A DNA stretch of 64,000 nt, taken from an uncultured Cognatiyoonia sp. (lineage in GTDB: Bacteria > Pseudomonadota > Alphaproteobacteria > Rhodobacterales > Rhodobacteraceae). The number at the start of each line of letters is the position of its first letter. Position 1 is the stretch's first letter. The stretch is taken from contig CAYPVL010000002.1 of the NCBI GenBank assembly GCA_964414165.1, positions 9,897 through 73,896 on the forward strand. The letters run 5' to 3'. This document shows positions 9,154-19,680 of this stretch, piece by piece. The notes beneath the pieces were generated by a model. That model did no database searches. It saw only the letters and a list, made by a program, of their open reading frames with translations, and was not told where the DNA came from. Both the position numbers and the translations under genes were made by a program.

Positions 9154-10986
9154 TTATTCCGCCGCATCTTTCACGTTGATAAAGCCACCCGACTGACGGT
9201 TCCAGTACCGGGCGTAAAGCCCATCTTGCGCCAGTAGGTCGTGATGGCTGCCTTGTTCCACAATGCGTCCGGCGTCAAGGACAACGATGCGATCCATCCG
9301 GGCCAGCGTTGACAGGCGGTGGGCAATGGCAATGGTGGTTTTGCCGTCCATAACAGTCTCTAACGCGGCCTGAATCGCGGCTTCGACTTCGGAATCAAGC
9401 GCTGAAGTTGCCTCATCCAGCACCAAAATCGGGGCATCCTTCAGAATGGCGCGGGCAATCGCGATACGCTGGCGCTGTCCACCGGAAAGTTTCACACCGC
9501 GTTCACCCAGATAGGCGTCATAACCCTTGCGGCCTTTGAAATCTTCAAGCTCAACAATGAAATCATGCGCCTCGGCCTGCTTGGCGGCCGCAATCACGTC
9601 GTCTTGCGTCGCATCCGGTGTCCCATAGCTGATATTGTCACTGGCCGACCGGTTGAACATCGCCGTTTCTTGCGTGACCATGCTAATCTGACGGCGCAGG
9701 CTTTCTTGGGTGACCTTCGAAATATCCTGACTATCGATCAACAAAGACCCTTTTTCCGCATCATAGAGTCTAAGTAGAAGCGCAACCAAAGTCGATTTCC
9801 CGGCACCGGAGGCGCCCACAATCCCCAGCTTTTCGCCGCTCTGAACGGTCAGCGATACATCATCCAAGCCACCCGGCCCACCACCGTAGGTGAAGGTCAG
9901 GTTCTCAAGCCGGATCTCTCCGTCCTGAACGGTCAAAGGCTGCGCGCCATCAGCATCAACCAATGCGTGCGCCGGTGACAGCGTCTTGGCCGCATCTTCA
10001 ACTTCCCCAATGTTGGAATACATACCCATCAGCGTGAAACTGACCCAACCAGTCATCTGCGCAAGACGCAGACCAATCGTACCCGCCACAGCAATCGCCC
10101 CGGCGGTTGTCGCGTTCTGTGTCCAAAGCAAAAGCGTCACACCGATCAGTAACAGTGGCAAGATACCAGCCAAAGCCATCAGCCAGAACCGGAACGACAC
10201 AGAAACCCAACCCCAATCGATGCCCTTCAAGCGAAAATCGTTGATGGCATCTTTGGCAGCTGCATCTTCATGATTGTCATGGGCGAACAGCTTTACAGTC
10301 TTGATGTTCGTGACCGTGTCCACGATCTGCCCCGTCACCATCGCCCGCGTTGCGGCGCGCGCCATGGACGCTTTGCGGATACGGGGCATAAAGTAGCGGA
10401 TAAAGCCAATGTAGGCAAAGACCCAAAGTAGCAAGACAGCCGCAGACCACCCATCAATTGTGAATACCAGCACAACCGATCCGATCAGCGATGCGAGCGC
10501 GAAAGTCACCGTATGCACCCATTCCACGACGACATCGGTCAGCGCCCGCGCTGCCTGCATCTGCTTTGCCGCGATCCGCCCGGCAAAATCATCGTCGAAG
10601 AAAGTCACACCCTGGCCAAGCGTATGTTTGTTCAAACGGGACAGGATCAGCGCATAGATTTGGGGTGCCAGAACAACCGATTGCATAACCCCGGACAAGC
10701 CAAGCCAGAGCGGACGAAAGATAAGGAAAAACACCATAACGCCAAGTATTAGACCCACATTATCGCCAAAGAAAGTGGCCGGGGTTCCCGCTAACGCGGC
10801 GTCGATGATCAAGCCAAGGATCAGGGCCGAAGCCACTTCGATCAACCCTGATACAATCGACACCATGGAACCAAAGAAGATCACCCAGAAACTGCCCTGT
10901 AGCGCCCAGCGCATGAAGGCGACAAGCGTGCCGGGGGGTGGCCCGTCGGCGGGCTGAAACGGGGCGATCCACTTGCTTGGGTTCAT
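9154..10986 (-). CDS. ABC exporter, fused permease/ATPase half-transporter
   Basis: Six-TM N-terminal domain. Walker A GASGAGKST, signature LSGGQRQR, Walker B ILVLDEATS. Confidence 0.9.
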   Translation of the reverse strand: MNPSKWIAPFQPADGPPPGTLVAFMRWALQGSFWVIFFGSMVSIVSGLIEVASALILGLIIDAALAGTPATFFGDNVGLILGVMVFFLIFRPLWLGLSGVMQSVVLAPQIYALILSRLNKHTLGQGVTFFDDDFAGRIAAKQMQAARALTDVVVEWVHTVTFALASLIGSVVLVFTIDGWSAAVLLLWVFAYIGFIRYFMPRIRKASMARAATRAMVTGQIVDTVTNIKTVKLFAHDNHEDAAAKDAINDFRLKGIDWGWVSVSFRFWLMALAGILPLLLIGVTLLLWTQNATTAGAIAVAGTIGLRLAQMTGWVSFTLMGMYSNIGEVEDAAKTLSPAHALVDADGAQPLTVQDGEIRLENLTFTYGGGPGGLDDVSLTVQSGEKLGIVGASGAGKSTLVALLLRLYDAEKGSLLIDSQDISKVTQESLRRQISMVTQETAMFNRSASDNISYGTPDATQDDVIAAAKQAEAHDFIVELEDFKGRKGYDAYLGERGVKLSGGQRQRIAIARAILKDAPILVLDEATSALDSEVEAAIQAALETVMDGKTTIAIAHRLSTLARMDRIVVLDAGRIVEQGSHHDLLAQDGLYARYWNRQSGGFINVKDAAE

Positions 10987-12830
10987 GATTTCACCTGCGC
11001 ATCGCGCGCGATGAACCCGCCTGATTGGCGCGCCCAGAACCGGGCGTATTGCCCGTTCGCGGCCAAAAGACTGTTATGATCGCCGTCTTCAATAATGCAC
11101 CCATTCTCCATCACGATAATCCGGTCCATCTGCGCGATGGTGGACAGGCGGTGGGCAATGGCGATGACTGTCTTGCCGTCCATCATGCCGGTCAATGTTG
11201 TCTGGATCGCCGCCTCGACTTCGGAATCTAGCGCGGATGTGGCTTCGTCCAACATCAAAATCGGGGCGTCTTTCAGGATCACCCGCGCAAGCGCAATCCG
11301 CTGCCGTTGCCCACCAGACAATTTCACACCACGTTCACCGACACGGGAATCGTAACCCTTGTTACCTTCGGCGTCTTCAAGCGTTTCGATAAAGTCATGC
11401 GCCTCGGCCTGTTTCGCCGCGAAAATGATCTGCTCTTCACTCGCGTCTGGATTGCCATAGGCGATGTTCTCGCGCACCGACCGATGCAGCAAGGCCGAAT
11501 CCTGCTGCACCATCCCAATCGACGACCGCAGGCTATCCTGCGTCACCCCGTGGCTGTCTTGCCCGTCGATCAGGATTTGACCCTTCTCAAGGTTATAAAA
11601 TCGCAAAAGAAGCTTGATTAGGGTCGATTTCCCCGCACCCGACTGCCCCACAAGTCCGATCTTTTGTCCCGCTGGGATCGTCAGGTTGATGTGATCCAAA
11701 CCGCCCGATTGCTTACCGTAATGATGCGACAGATCCTTGATCTCGACACGTCCTTCGCTGACCTTCAAAGACTTGGCACCGGGTTTGTCGATCAGGGTGA
11801 CGGGCTGGGCAATCGTCTCCATCCCTTCTTTCACGACACCAAGTTCGCGAAAGAAACTGGACACAGCCCACATGATCCAACCACTCATCCCGTTCAGGCG
11901 CAGGGTCAGCGCGGCAGCGGCAGCGACAATGCCAAGCGATGCGCCGGCGTTCATCCACAGGAAGATCGCATAGCCGACAACGCCAACAACAAGAATACCG
12001 TTCAGCAGGATCAGTGCGAGGTCCATGATCGAAAACAGGCGCATTTCAACTTGGAACGTCTGGCGCGCGGTTTCGATCGCATCTTTTGCATAATCAATTT
12101 CACGGTCGTGATGGGCGAACATTTTGACGGAATGGATGTTCGTATAACTATCCACGACGCGACCCGTCACTTTGCTGCGCGCGTCAGATGCGGCCTGCGA
12201 TGCGGGGCCGATCCGTTTGATCACCCAGTGCAGCAGGAAAGCATAGGGAATGAACCACGCGAGCATCGGCAGGATCAGCCGCATATCCGCATCACCCAGC
12301 AGGATCATCGCCCCGATCAGGTAAGCAAGCGCAAAGGTGATCGCATCAAAGATTTGATACGCAACCTCGCCCACGGCGGGCGGCGTTTGCATGATCCGGT
12401 TGGCGATCCGTCCGGCAAAGTCATTTTCAAACCACCCGACAGATTGACGCAAAACATGACGATGCGCCCGCCAGCGGACCATCGTGCCGACATTCGGCAG
12501 GATCGTATTGTTCAAAAGCGCAGTTTGCCCCATGGCAAGTAAGGGGCGCAGAGTCAGCATAAAGACCGCAACGAGGATAAGTTCAGTCCCGTATTCCGCC
12601 CAAAAATCACGCGGTGAATGCGCGCCCATCACGTCGATCAGCCGCCCAAGATAGAACAACAGCCAGATTTCAATCGCTGCCACGATGAACGACATGATCG
12701 CGGTGACCACAAAAACTTTGCTGAATGGCCGCGCGTATTCGCGCAGGAACGGCATGATCCGCTGCGGAGGCGTGTCGTTTTCCTCATATGCCACATAAGG
12801 GTCGACCAGGTTTTCGAAATAACGAAACAT
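10983..12830 (-). CDS. ABC exporter, fused permease/ATPase half-transporter; probable heterodimer partner of the gene at 9154-10986
   Basis: Walker A GQSGAGKST, LSGGQRQR, ILMLDEATS. 4-nt stop/start overlap with the downstream paralogue. Confidence 0.9.
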   Translation of the reverse strand: MFRYFENLVDPYVAYEENDTPPQRIMPFLREYARPFSKVFVVTAIMSFIVAAIEIWLLFYLGRLIDVMGAHSPRDFWAEYGTELILVAVFMLTLRPLLAMGQTALLNNTILPNVGTMVRWRAHRHVLRQSVGWFENDFAGRIANRIMQTPPAVGEVAYQIFDAITFALAYLIGAMILLGDADMRLILPMLAWFIPYAFLLHWVIKRIGPASQAASDARSKVTGRVVDSYTNIHSVKMFAHHDREIDYAKDAIETARQTFQVEMRLFSIMDLALILLNGILVVGVVGYAIFLWMNAGASLGIVAAAAALTLRLNGMSGWIMWAVSSFFRELGVVKEGMETIAQPVTLIDKPGAKSLKVSEGRVEIKDLSHHYGKQSGGLDHINLTIPAGQKIGLVGQSGAGKSTLIKLLLRFYNLEKGQILIDGQDSHGVTQDSLRSSIGMVQQDSALLHRSVRENIAYGNPDASEEQIIFAAKQAEAHDFIETLEDAEGNKGYDSRVGERGVKLSGGQRQRIALARVILKDAPILMLDEATSALDSEVEAAIQTTLTGMMDGKTVIAIAHRLSTIAQMDRIIVMENGCIIEDGDHNSLLAANGQYARFWARQSGGFIARDAQVKS

Positions 12831-12875
12831 CGTGCGGTCTGCTCTTGGGATGATTCAGACCTAACGCGGATTTCC

Positions 12876-13463
12876 CTAAAGGAAAACCATGATTGAAAAG
12901 ACCGCCAAAGCGACGGCCATGATCCGCATGAAAATGCGCCATGCTGTTTCGTTTTGCAGCAAGTAAGACAGAAGGTGTCCGGCGCTTGTCCAGAAGAAGC
13001 AGACGCAAAGATTTATGCAGGAAAAGGCGAGGGCGAGTTGCGAAATTTGTGTAAAGAAAGGAAGTTCAGCGACGAAGGCTGACGCGCTAAGCGCAACGGC
13101 CCAAATTTTGGGGTTTACCCATTGGAACAGCACAGCCTCGACGAATGAAAAGGGTCTATTATTGGATTTTTGCGCCTTTGCCGTCGCGTGCCAAAGGTTC
13201 CACGCCATAGAGAGGATCCAGAGGCAAGCGATGATTTGCAGCCCAATCTTAAGCGCGGGCGCCGCCTCTAAGATCGCCCCCACCCCAAGCCCTGTCACAC
13301 CAGCGATGATCCCGACCCCGATAGCGACGCCAAGGATGTGTGGGATTGTGGGTTTCAATCCAAAGCGCGCGCCTGAGGCTGTGAGCAGGATGACGTTTGG
13401 TCCGGGCGAGAAAAGTCCGAAGAACACGAAAAGTAGCAGCGCTGCCTCAGGCAAGAAGGTCAT
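12876..13463 (-). CDS. LysE/RhtB-family amino-acid exporter
   Basis: 195 aa, about 6 TM segments. N-terminal FSPGPNVILLTASGARFG motif. Confidence 0.85.
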   Translation of the reverse strand: MTFLPEAALLLFVFFGLFSPGPNVILLTASGARFGLKPTIPHILGVAIGVGIIAGVTGLGVGAILEAAPALKIGLQIIACLWILSMAWNLWHATAKAQKSNNRPFSFVEAVLFQWVNPKIWAVALSASAFVAELPFFTQISQLALAFSCINLCVCFFWTSAGHLLSYLLQNETAWRIFMRIMAVALAVFSIMVFL

Positions 13464-14571
13464 CCTTCGTAAGCGTGAAACCAGACTCTAACCAGCGCGT
13501 TTCTGCGTCTTTCAGCGCTTGGCCAAGGTCTGCACCCTGAAAGCGTGGCATCAGGTCTTTGGATTTGATCGGAAAGGTTTGTTTCGCAGCGTATGTGGCT
13601 TGGGCCTTTGCGTCATCCGGCAGCATTTGTCCAAGGCTTGCAGCAAGGACCGCCTGCTGGTCGATAGCAATGTCAGCCCCGTGCCGATACGCGGCTTCAT
13701 TCAGCGAGGTGCTTTCGCGCAGAAGTGCCATTCGCTTGGTTTGGTCTTTGGAAAGCCGCAGGTTGTCTTGCGCATTCTCCCCACCAATGCAGGCAAGGCG
13801 GCGGATAGGGTCCGGTTTCAGGCCAGCGGCTTCCTCGATGTGGACCAGCACGGCAAGAGCCTCGTGCGTGGCCCCCGGAAGGATACGTATAAGCGCGCCG
13901 ATAGACGCCATACTGGCGAGTGCTGGGGCAGGGTTGGGTGCCGCCAGAAATTTGAGGAGTTCGGACCCGATCCGCTCTCTGGACAGTTGATCAAGCCCGT
14001 CGATGTTTTCTGCACACGCCGCCAGCCCTTCGGCGTCAATCCCGTCTTGCCCGTACCACGCGTGAAAGCGGAAGAAGCGCAGAATGCGCAGATAGTCTTC
14101 GCGGATGCGCTGATCTGGATCTTCGATGAAGATAAACCGCCGAGCTTGCAGGTCAGGGAGGCCGCCCAAGGGATCAACGATGGTCCCATCAGGCAATGCG
14201 TAAAGTGCGTTCATAGTGAAATCGCGGCGGCGCGCGTCTTCTTCGAGCGTATCCGCGAAGGTCACGACGGCGCGCCTGCCGTCGGTGGCAATGTCTTTGC
14301 GCAGTGTTGTGATTTCGTAAGCGATATGGTTCGCGACGACTGTGATTGTGCCGTGATCGATGCCAGTGGGAATCGCGTTGAAGCCTGCACCTTTCGCCAG
14401 CTTCATGACTGCCTCGGGATGCGCGGTGGTGCTGATGTCGATGTCGGCGACGGGTTCATCCAGCAGCGCGTTGCGCACGCAGCCGCCGACGAACCACGCG
14501 TTGTGTCCCGCGTCAGTCAGCATATCGCAGACGGGTTTCGCTGCGAAAATCCAAGGCGCACTGATCTTCAT
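13447..14571 (-). CDS. cca: CCA-adding tRNA nucleotidyltransferase (poly(A) polymerase head-domain family)
   Basis: FVGGCVRNALLDEPVADIDISTT nucleotidyltransferase motif. RRDFTMNALY motif. Confidence 0.85.
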   Translation of the reverse strand: MKISAPWIFAAKPVCDMLTDAGHNAWFVGGCVRNALLDEPVADIDISTTAHPEAVMKLAKGAGFNAIPTGIDHGTITVVANHIAYEITTLRKDIATDGRRAVVTFADTLEEDARRRDFTMNALYALPDGTIVDPLGGLPDLQARRFIFIEDPDQRIREDYLRILRFFRFHAWYGQDGIDAEGLAACAENIDGLDQLSRERIGSELLKFLAAPNPAPALASMASIGALIRILPGATHEALAVLVHIEEAAGLKPDPIRRLACIGGENAQDNLRLSKDQTKRMALLRESTSLNEAAYRHGADIAIDQQAVLAASLGQMLPDDAKAQATYAAKQTFPIKSKDLMPRFQGADLGQALKDAETRWLESGFTLTKDDLLA

Positions 14572-15182
14572 GGGTTCATACGCTCTGCCAGCCCGCGCAG
14601 CATCCGCGCGGTCGCGCCCCAGATGTAATAGGGCCCAAAGGGTACGGCGTAGTAGTGCCGCTTGTACCCTTGCCAGCGGCGGCCTTCGACGCGGAAGTTT
14701 TCCGGGTTTGTCGCATGCGCAAGCGGTACGCGGAAGATTTCGGCGACTTCACCTGCTTCGGCAACCTCTTCGAAATCAGCTTGGATCAAGGCCAGTACAG
14801 GCGTGACCAGATAACTGGTGACTGTTTCGTGCGGGGGCAGCGTGCCAAGCGGTTTGACCAGATCGGGCGGCAGGCCGATTTCTTCATGCGCTTCGCGTAA
14901 GGCAGCGTCGGTGAGTGTTGCGTCTGTCGGGTCTTGCTTGCCGCCCGGAAAGGCCACTTGGCCGGGATGATGTTGCAGCCGGGCCGAGCGTTTGGTGAGG
15001 ATCACTTGCGCGTCCTTCGTCACACCGATCAGTACGGCGGCGGGTTTCAGCGTGCGCCCTTTGGGCGATGGCAGGTCTTTATTCAGGTCAAAGTCAGACG
15101 ATGCGCTGCCCGCGTGAGACAGCGCATTTCGCAGCGAAATTTCCAGATCAGACGTCTGGTCCATCTGATGCCTCGAAACCAA
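14568..15182 (-). CDS. CoA pyrophosphatase (Nudix)
   Basis: CoA-Nudix upstream motif LTKRSARLQHHPGQVAFPGG, followed by Nudix box GGK...REAHEEIGL. Confidence 0.8.
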   Translation of the reverse strand: MVSRHQMDQTSDLEISLRNALSHAGSASSDFDLNKDLPSPKGRTLKPAAVLIGVTKDAQVILTKRSARLQHHPGQVAFPGGKQDPTDATLTDAALREAHEEIGLPPDLVKPLGTLPPHETVTSYLVTPVLALIQADFEEVAEAGEVAEIFRVPLAHATNPENFRVEGRRWQGYKRHYYAVPFGPYYIWGATARMLRGLAERMNP

Positions 15183-16146
15183 GGGTTTCGGGTTGAAAGA
15201 CGTAATGCGCGCCGCAGAATTGGCAGTCAGCCGTTACGGTCCCGTCGTCCTTGGTCATCGTGCCAATATCCTTGGCCGAATAGATCGACAGGCTTTGGCG
15301 CACGCGGTCTTCGGAACAGGTGCAGCCAAACTTGATGGGCTGGGCGTCATAGACGCGCGGCTTTTCTTCATGGAAGAGCCGCACCAGAAGTTCAGTTGGC
15401 TGCACGGTGGGCCCGATAAGCTCCATGTCGTCAACTGTGTCGAGCAACGTGTTCGCCCGCGTCCAATTTTCGCCTTCGACCTCGTCCAGAATATCCTCAG
15501 CCGCAAGAAGGCCCTCTTCGCCGGATGCAGCATCATCCTGCTTCATCAAGGGCGACGCTTTGGGCATGTGCTGCAGCATCACGCCCCCTGCCCGCCAATG
15601 TTCGCTTTCACCCGGCAATTGGCTGCGTCCATAGGACAGGCTGAACCGTGTGGGCAGTTGTTCGGATTGTGCAAAATACGTTTCCGCACAGGCCGACAGG
15701 GACCCGCCAGCGATGGGGGTGATCCCTTGGTATGGTGCCATATGTTCGCCCTGGTCGATCAGGATCGCAAAATACCCCTGCCCGATCTGGCTGAACGGGT
15801 CGGCGGATTGATCCAGCGTGTCAGCATCATAGCTGGCGTAGGCGCGGATACGCGCAGGTTCGCCCTCTTTGGTTGGGCCATAGTAATCCGTGGCAATCAA
15901 CCGTGCAGGGCCAGAGCCGCGCACTTGCAAGGACAGTTTCCACTGTGTCTTGATGGATTGCCCGATCATCGCCGTCAGCAGCGCCATTTCAGCGACAAGC
16001 CCTTCGATCATGGGTGGATAGTCGTGCTGTTCCAGAACAGCCTCAAGCACGCCGTCAAGACGCGCAACGCGCCCGCGAATATCTGAAGCGTCCAGTTGGA
16101 ACGGCAAAACTGTGTCGTCCCAGGCGATTTGGCTGCCAAGGGTCAT
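15148..16146 (-). CDS. hslO: Redox-regulated chaperone Hsp33
   Basis: 332 aa. C-terminal zinc centre CTCS...CQFCG is typical of Hsp33. Confidence 0.9.
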   Translation of the reverse strand: MTLGSQIAWDDTVLPFQLDASDIRGRVARLDGVLEAVLEQHDYPPMIEGLVAEMALLTAMIGQSIKTQWKLSLQVRGSGPARLIATDYYGPTKEGEPARIRAYASYDADTLDQSADPFSQIGQGYFAILIDQGEHMAPYQGITPIAGGSLSACAETYFAQSEQLPTRFSLSYGRSQLPGESEHWRAGGVMLQHMPKASPLMKQDDAASGEEGLLAAEDILDEVEGENWTRANTLLDTVDDMELIGPTVQPTELLVRLFHEEKPRVYDAQPIKFGCTCSEDRVRQSLSIYSAKDIGTMTKDDGTVTADCQFCGAHYVFQPETLGFEASDGPDV

Positions 16147-16224
16147 GGCTTTTCCTTACTTGTGCGGAATGGTGTTATCGCGCCTATATAGGCAGAGCAA
16201 GCACAGCGCCAAGGGGCAGCAGGT

Positions 16225-16677
16225 ATGATCAAGCGACATGGCAATCCGCCAAAGGCCGGGCAGCGGTATGAAATGCGCGCCGGGGCTTATGGGATTTTGC
16301 GGCGTGGCCCTGATATTTTGCTCGCCTGGCAATCAGACCCTTACAATGATTTGCTCTTGCCCGGTGGCGGGATTGATCCCGGCGAAAGCCCTATTCAGGC
16401 GCTGCATCGTGAGGTCTATGAGGAAACTGGTTGGCGCATCGCAAGGCCGGTGCGTTTGGGTGCCTTTCGCCGGTTCACATATATGCCCGAATACGACAAA
16501 TGGGCCGAGAAGGTCTGCCATGTTTTCGCTGCGAAACCTGTGGTGCGCCTTGGTCCCCCGCTTGAGCCGGATCATACGGCCGTTTGGATGAATGCGCGCG
16601 AGGCGATTCCCTTGCTTTGCAACAGTGGCGACGCTGAATTCCTTGCGAAACACCTTTTCGCGCGCGAAAAGATCTGA
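16225..16677 (+). CDS. Nudix hydrolase
   Basis: Nudix box GGGIDPGESPIQALHREVYEETG. Confidence 0.8.
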   Translation: MIKRHGNPPKAGQRYEMRAGAYGILRRGPDILLAWQSDPYNDLLLPGGGIDPGESPIQALHREVYEETGWRIARPVRLGAFRRFTYMPEYDKWAEKVCHVFAAKPVVRLGPPLEPDHTAVWMNAREAIPLLCNSGDAEFLAKHLFAREKI

Positions 16678-16773
16678 GAAGCATAATCACTTCAACGTCA
16701 AAGCGCCGGTTGTCGCAGGGTTCGCATCCTTAACGCTATTCAAACACTTGTTTGACGTCACTTTGCCCGCTGC

Positions 16774-17571
16774 TTAATCAAAAACGTCGCCAACCGTTTC
16801 CACGTGTGATGTGCGCTTATAGACCTCGGTCATGACGCTGATCCCGAAGATGAAGAAGATGAAATTGAACGGGATCTGCAGAATGAATGAAAATGTCGGG
16901 CTTGCCATCTGAATGGGCAAAAGCAGGAGCGAGAAACCTGTAGTGATCGCTGTGATGATGGCAGCCAGCCAAAAGATCGGACCTGCATAATCCCTTGTTT
17001 CGTGCCAGCCATCGCCGATTCCAAGGGGACGATCCACCGCGATGCCGGGCAGGATCACTGCAAGGCGCAGCCAAAAGTATTGCAGCACGATGCCGGCAAT
17101 TGATCCGATAAGTAGCGTCACGACAGAAATAAACATGAAGTTGGATCCGCTCAAACCCGGCAAAAACGGTGCACTGACAAGCCCGATCAGCATAACAACA
17201 ACGAATGCTGCCACTACAAGAATAAGACCGATGAGGATGGAATACCCGATATAGCGCCCGACGGGCAAACCGCTGAGCGAGGGAATAAATCCAACCGTTT
17301 CATTCAATAACGTCGCCCGATGCCACGAGATCGCGGCCCACGCAAAAAGAATGATCGTCGCAACAACGATCAGGAGCCCAATGAAAAACACAAGTAGGCT
17401 GAATTGAGGCCCTGCGTTGTTACTAAATGAAAAATTCGACCAACCAACACCAATCAAGATTGCGGACATCGCCATCAGAATGAAGAACGGAACTAGCGTG
17501 ATCTTCACGGCAAGCCCGAAACGATTGAAGACCTCTGCGAATGCCGTTTTAAAAATGTCCCATGCCATCAA
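16774..17571 (-). CDS. Polytopic membrane protein, unknown function
   Basis: 265 aa with about 6 long hydrophobic segments and no motif I recognise. Lower GC than the neighbours and flanked by 96-bp and 190-bp spacers. Confidence 0.55.
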   Translation of the reverse strand: MMAWDIFKTAFAEVFNRFGLAVKITLVPFFILMAMSAILIGVGWSNFSFSNNAGPQFSLLVFFIGLLIVVATIILFAWAAISWHRATLLNETVGFIPSLSGLPVGRYIGYSILIGLILVVAAFVVVMLIGLVSAPFLPGLSGSNFMFISVVTLLIGSIAGIVLQYFWLRLAVILPGIAVDRPLGIGDGWHETRDYAGPIFWLAAIITAITTGFSLLLLPIQMASPTFSFILQIPFNFIFFIFGISVMTEVYKRTSHVETVGDVFD

Positions 17572-17762
17572 TACTGTTCCTAATTTGATCTTTGCTTTCT
17601 GGTGTCCCCCGATTGCCTATGTGTTTCAACTATAAAGCGAGCATGGGCCAGATTTGAGGCAACTTTGTGCTTTGGCATGTTCACTGACTGCCAAAGCTTG
17701 CCCCTATTTCCAAAAGCCGTTATCGCGCTGCGCAAGGTTAAACACGCATAGGGTTTCGCATC

Positions 17763-18980
17763 ATGTCCGCTCCGAAGAAAGTTGTCCTCGCCTATTCTGG
17801 CGGTCTTGATACGTCGATCATCCTGAAATGGTTGCAGACTGAATATGGCTGCGAAGTGATCACCTTTACCGCAGACCTTGGTCAGGGCGAAGAACTTGAG
17901 CCCGCGCGCGCCAAGGCCGAGATGATGGGTGCCAAATCTATCTATGTTGAAGATGTGCGTGAAGAGTTTGTGCGCGACTTTGTTTTCCCCATGTTCCGTG
18001 CGAATGCCCTTTATGAGGGTCTATATTTACTGGGTACATCCATTGCCCGTCCGCTGATTTCCAAACGTCTGGTTGAGATTGCAGCCGAGGAGGGTGCCGA
18101 TGCAATTGCCCATGGTGCAACCGGCAAGGGCAATGATCAGGTTCGCTTTGAATTGGCCGCCTATGCGTTGAACCCCGATATCAAGGTCATCGCCCCTTGG
18201 CGGGATTGGGATCTAACCAGCCGCACGAAGCTGCTTGAATTTGCGGAGGCGCACCAGATTCCGGTCGCCAAGGACAAACGCGGCGAAGCCCCGTTTAGTG
18301 TCGATGCCAACCTCTTGCACACATCATCCGAGGGAAAGGTGCTTGAAAATCCCGCCGATGAAGCCCCTGAATATGTTTACCAGCGCACCGTCGCCCCAGA
18401 AGCCGCACCAGATGTGCCCGAAATGGTCGAGATTGGGTTCGAGAAGGGCGATGCAGTGTCTATCGATGGGGAAATGATGTCCCCTGCGACAATCCTGACC
18501 AAATTGAATGAGCTTGGAGGCAAGCATGGCGTAGGTCGTCTGGACCTTGTTGAGAACCGGTTCGTCGGCATGAAATCACGCGGCGTTTATGAAACTCCCG
18601 GCGGCACTGTGCTACTTGAGGCCCATCGCGGGATTGAACAGATTACGCTTGATTCAGGTGCAGGTCATCTGAAAGATTCGATCATGCCGCGTTATGCCGA
18701 ACTGATCTACAACGGTTTCTGGTTCTCCCCCGAACGCGAAATGCTGCAGGCCTTGATCGACAAATCGCAGGAACATGTCACCGGCACTGTGCGCGTGAAG
18801 CTTTACAAGGGCTCTGCCACGACTGTTGCCCGCTGGTCGGATCATTCGCTTTATTCTGAGGCGCATGTCACCTTTGAGGATGATGCAGGTGCCTATGATC
18901 AGACAGATGCGAAGGGGTTCATTCAATTGAATGCTTTGCGTTTGAAACTACTTGCGGCCCGCGATCGGCGATTGAAGTAA
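17763..18980 (+). CDS. argG: Argininosuccinate synthase
   Basis: [10 protein letters not shown]-loop-like motif and [13 protein letters not shown] signature. 405 aa. Confidence 0.95.
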   Translation: MSAPKKVVLAYSGGLDTSIILKWLQTEYGCEVITFTADLGQGEELEPARAKAEMMGAKSIYVEDVREEFVRDFVFPMFRANALYEGLYLLGTSIARPLISKRLVEIAAEEGADAIAHGATGKGNDQVRFELAAYALNPDIKVIAPWRDWDLTSRTKLLEFAEAHQIPVAKDKRGEAPFSVDANLLHTSSEGKVLENPADEAPEYVYQRTVAPEAAPDVPEMVEIGFEKGDAVSIDGEMMSPATILTKLNELGGKHGVGRLDLVENRFVGMKSRGVYETPGGTVLLEAHRGIEQITLDSGAGHLKDSIMPRYAELIYNGFWFSPEREMLQALIDKSQEHVTGTVRVKLYKGSATTVARWSDHSLYSEAHVTFEDDAGAYDQTDAKGFIQLNALRLKLLAARDRRLK

Positions 18981-18981
18981 C

Positions 18982-19680
18982 CTAGATTTTATCCTGCGCC
19001 ATGGCCGCATAGGCAGGCAAAGCAGAGTCTAATAAGGGCAAATACTGGGTATCTACCTGGGGCAGCGCCCCCTCTGGCCCCGCAAAGCCAGTGCTTTGAT
19101 GCACCATATCATACCAGTATTTCGCCCAAATCCCATCCTCAGACCGCGGTCCTTTGGGCCATGACAGCATAGCTGGATCGAAGTCTAATCCGATGGTATC
19201 ACACAGAAGGTTCAGCATTTCCGCCGGGTCTTTGCGAATATCAGCGCTGTCGATGACAACCCCGCCAAGTTTATGGTAAAGCGCAAGTTGCTGTTGAAAG
19301 CCGATATCTTCTGCTGAGATCGTATCGCGCTTTGCCCCATAGCTTGCAATCACCCGCGCTGGATGCCGGATGAGGTGGATATTCACACAGTCCTTGGCCC
19401 AATCCAGCGGGAACCCATCAATCATGTGGTGCGGCATGTGTTTCATGTAAAAATGCGGCTTTTCGCTTGGAATAGTGTCTATGCAGCGTGCCGCAACTTT
19501 CGCTGGATCAACCTCATGTGTAGCGATGATATCGTCCCACATGGGGTGATCTATCCCGGTCGCCGCAAGGTAGGGCGCGTAAAACGGTTCGTCCCAAATC
19601 GCAAAGTCAGCGCGGCTTCCAAAGCTATACATCAGCGCCGTCGACAGGTTGCGCGGCCCGGACCACATCGCAATTCTCAT
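18982..19680 (-). CDS. Sulfotransferase-like P-loop-fold protein (tentative), unknown function
   Basis: 232 aa. N-terminal WSGPRNLSTALMYSF resembles the sulfotransferase 5'-PSB loop, but I see no further diagnostic motif. 4-nt overlap with the upstream aminotransferase gene. Confidence 0.45.
   Translation of the reverse strand: MRIAMWSGPRNLSTALMYSFGSRADFAIWDEPFYAPYLAATGIDHPMWDDIIATHEVDPAKVAARCIDTIPSEKPHFYMKHMPHHMIDGFPLDWAKDCVNIHLIRHPARVIASYGAKRDTISAEDIGFQQQLALYHKLGGVVIDSADIRKDPAEMLNLLCDTIGLDFDPAMLSWPKGPRSEDGIWAKYWYDMVHQSTGFAGPEGALPQVDTQYLPLLDSALPAYAAMAQDKI

Noticed and set aside
13519-14628. 369-aa plus-strand ORF antisense to cca. Similar long shadow ORFs occur at 7909-8886, 11664-12542, 15193-16086, 27341-28090, 46288-47169 and 50097-51407.
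   Set aside because: All lie fully inside well-supported genes on the opposite strand. They are Arg/Gly/Pro/His-rich and low in complexity, and they carry no family motifs. This is the typical stop-codon-poor antisense frame of GC-rich DNA.
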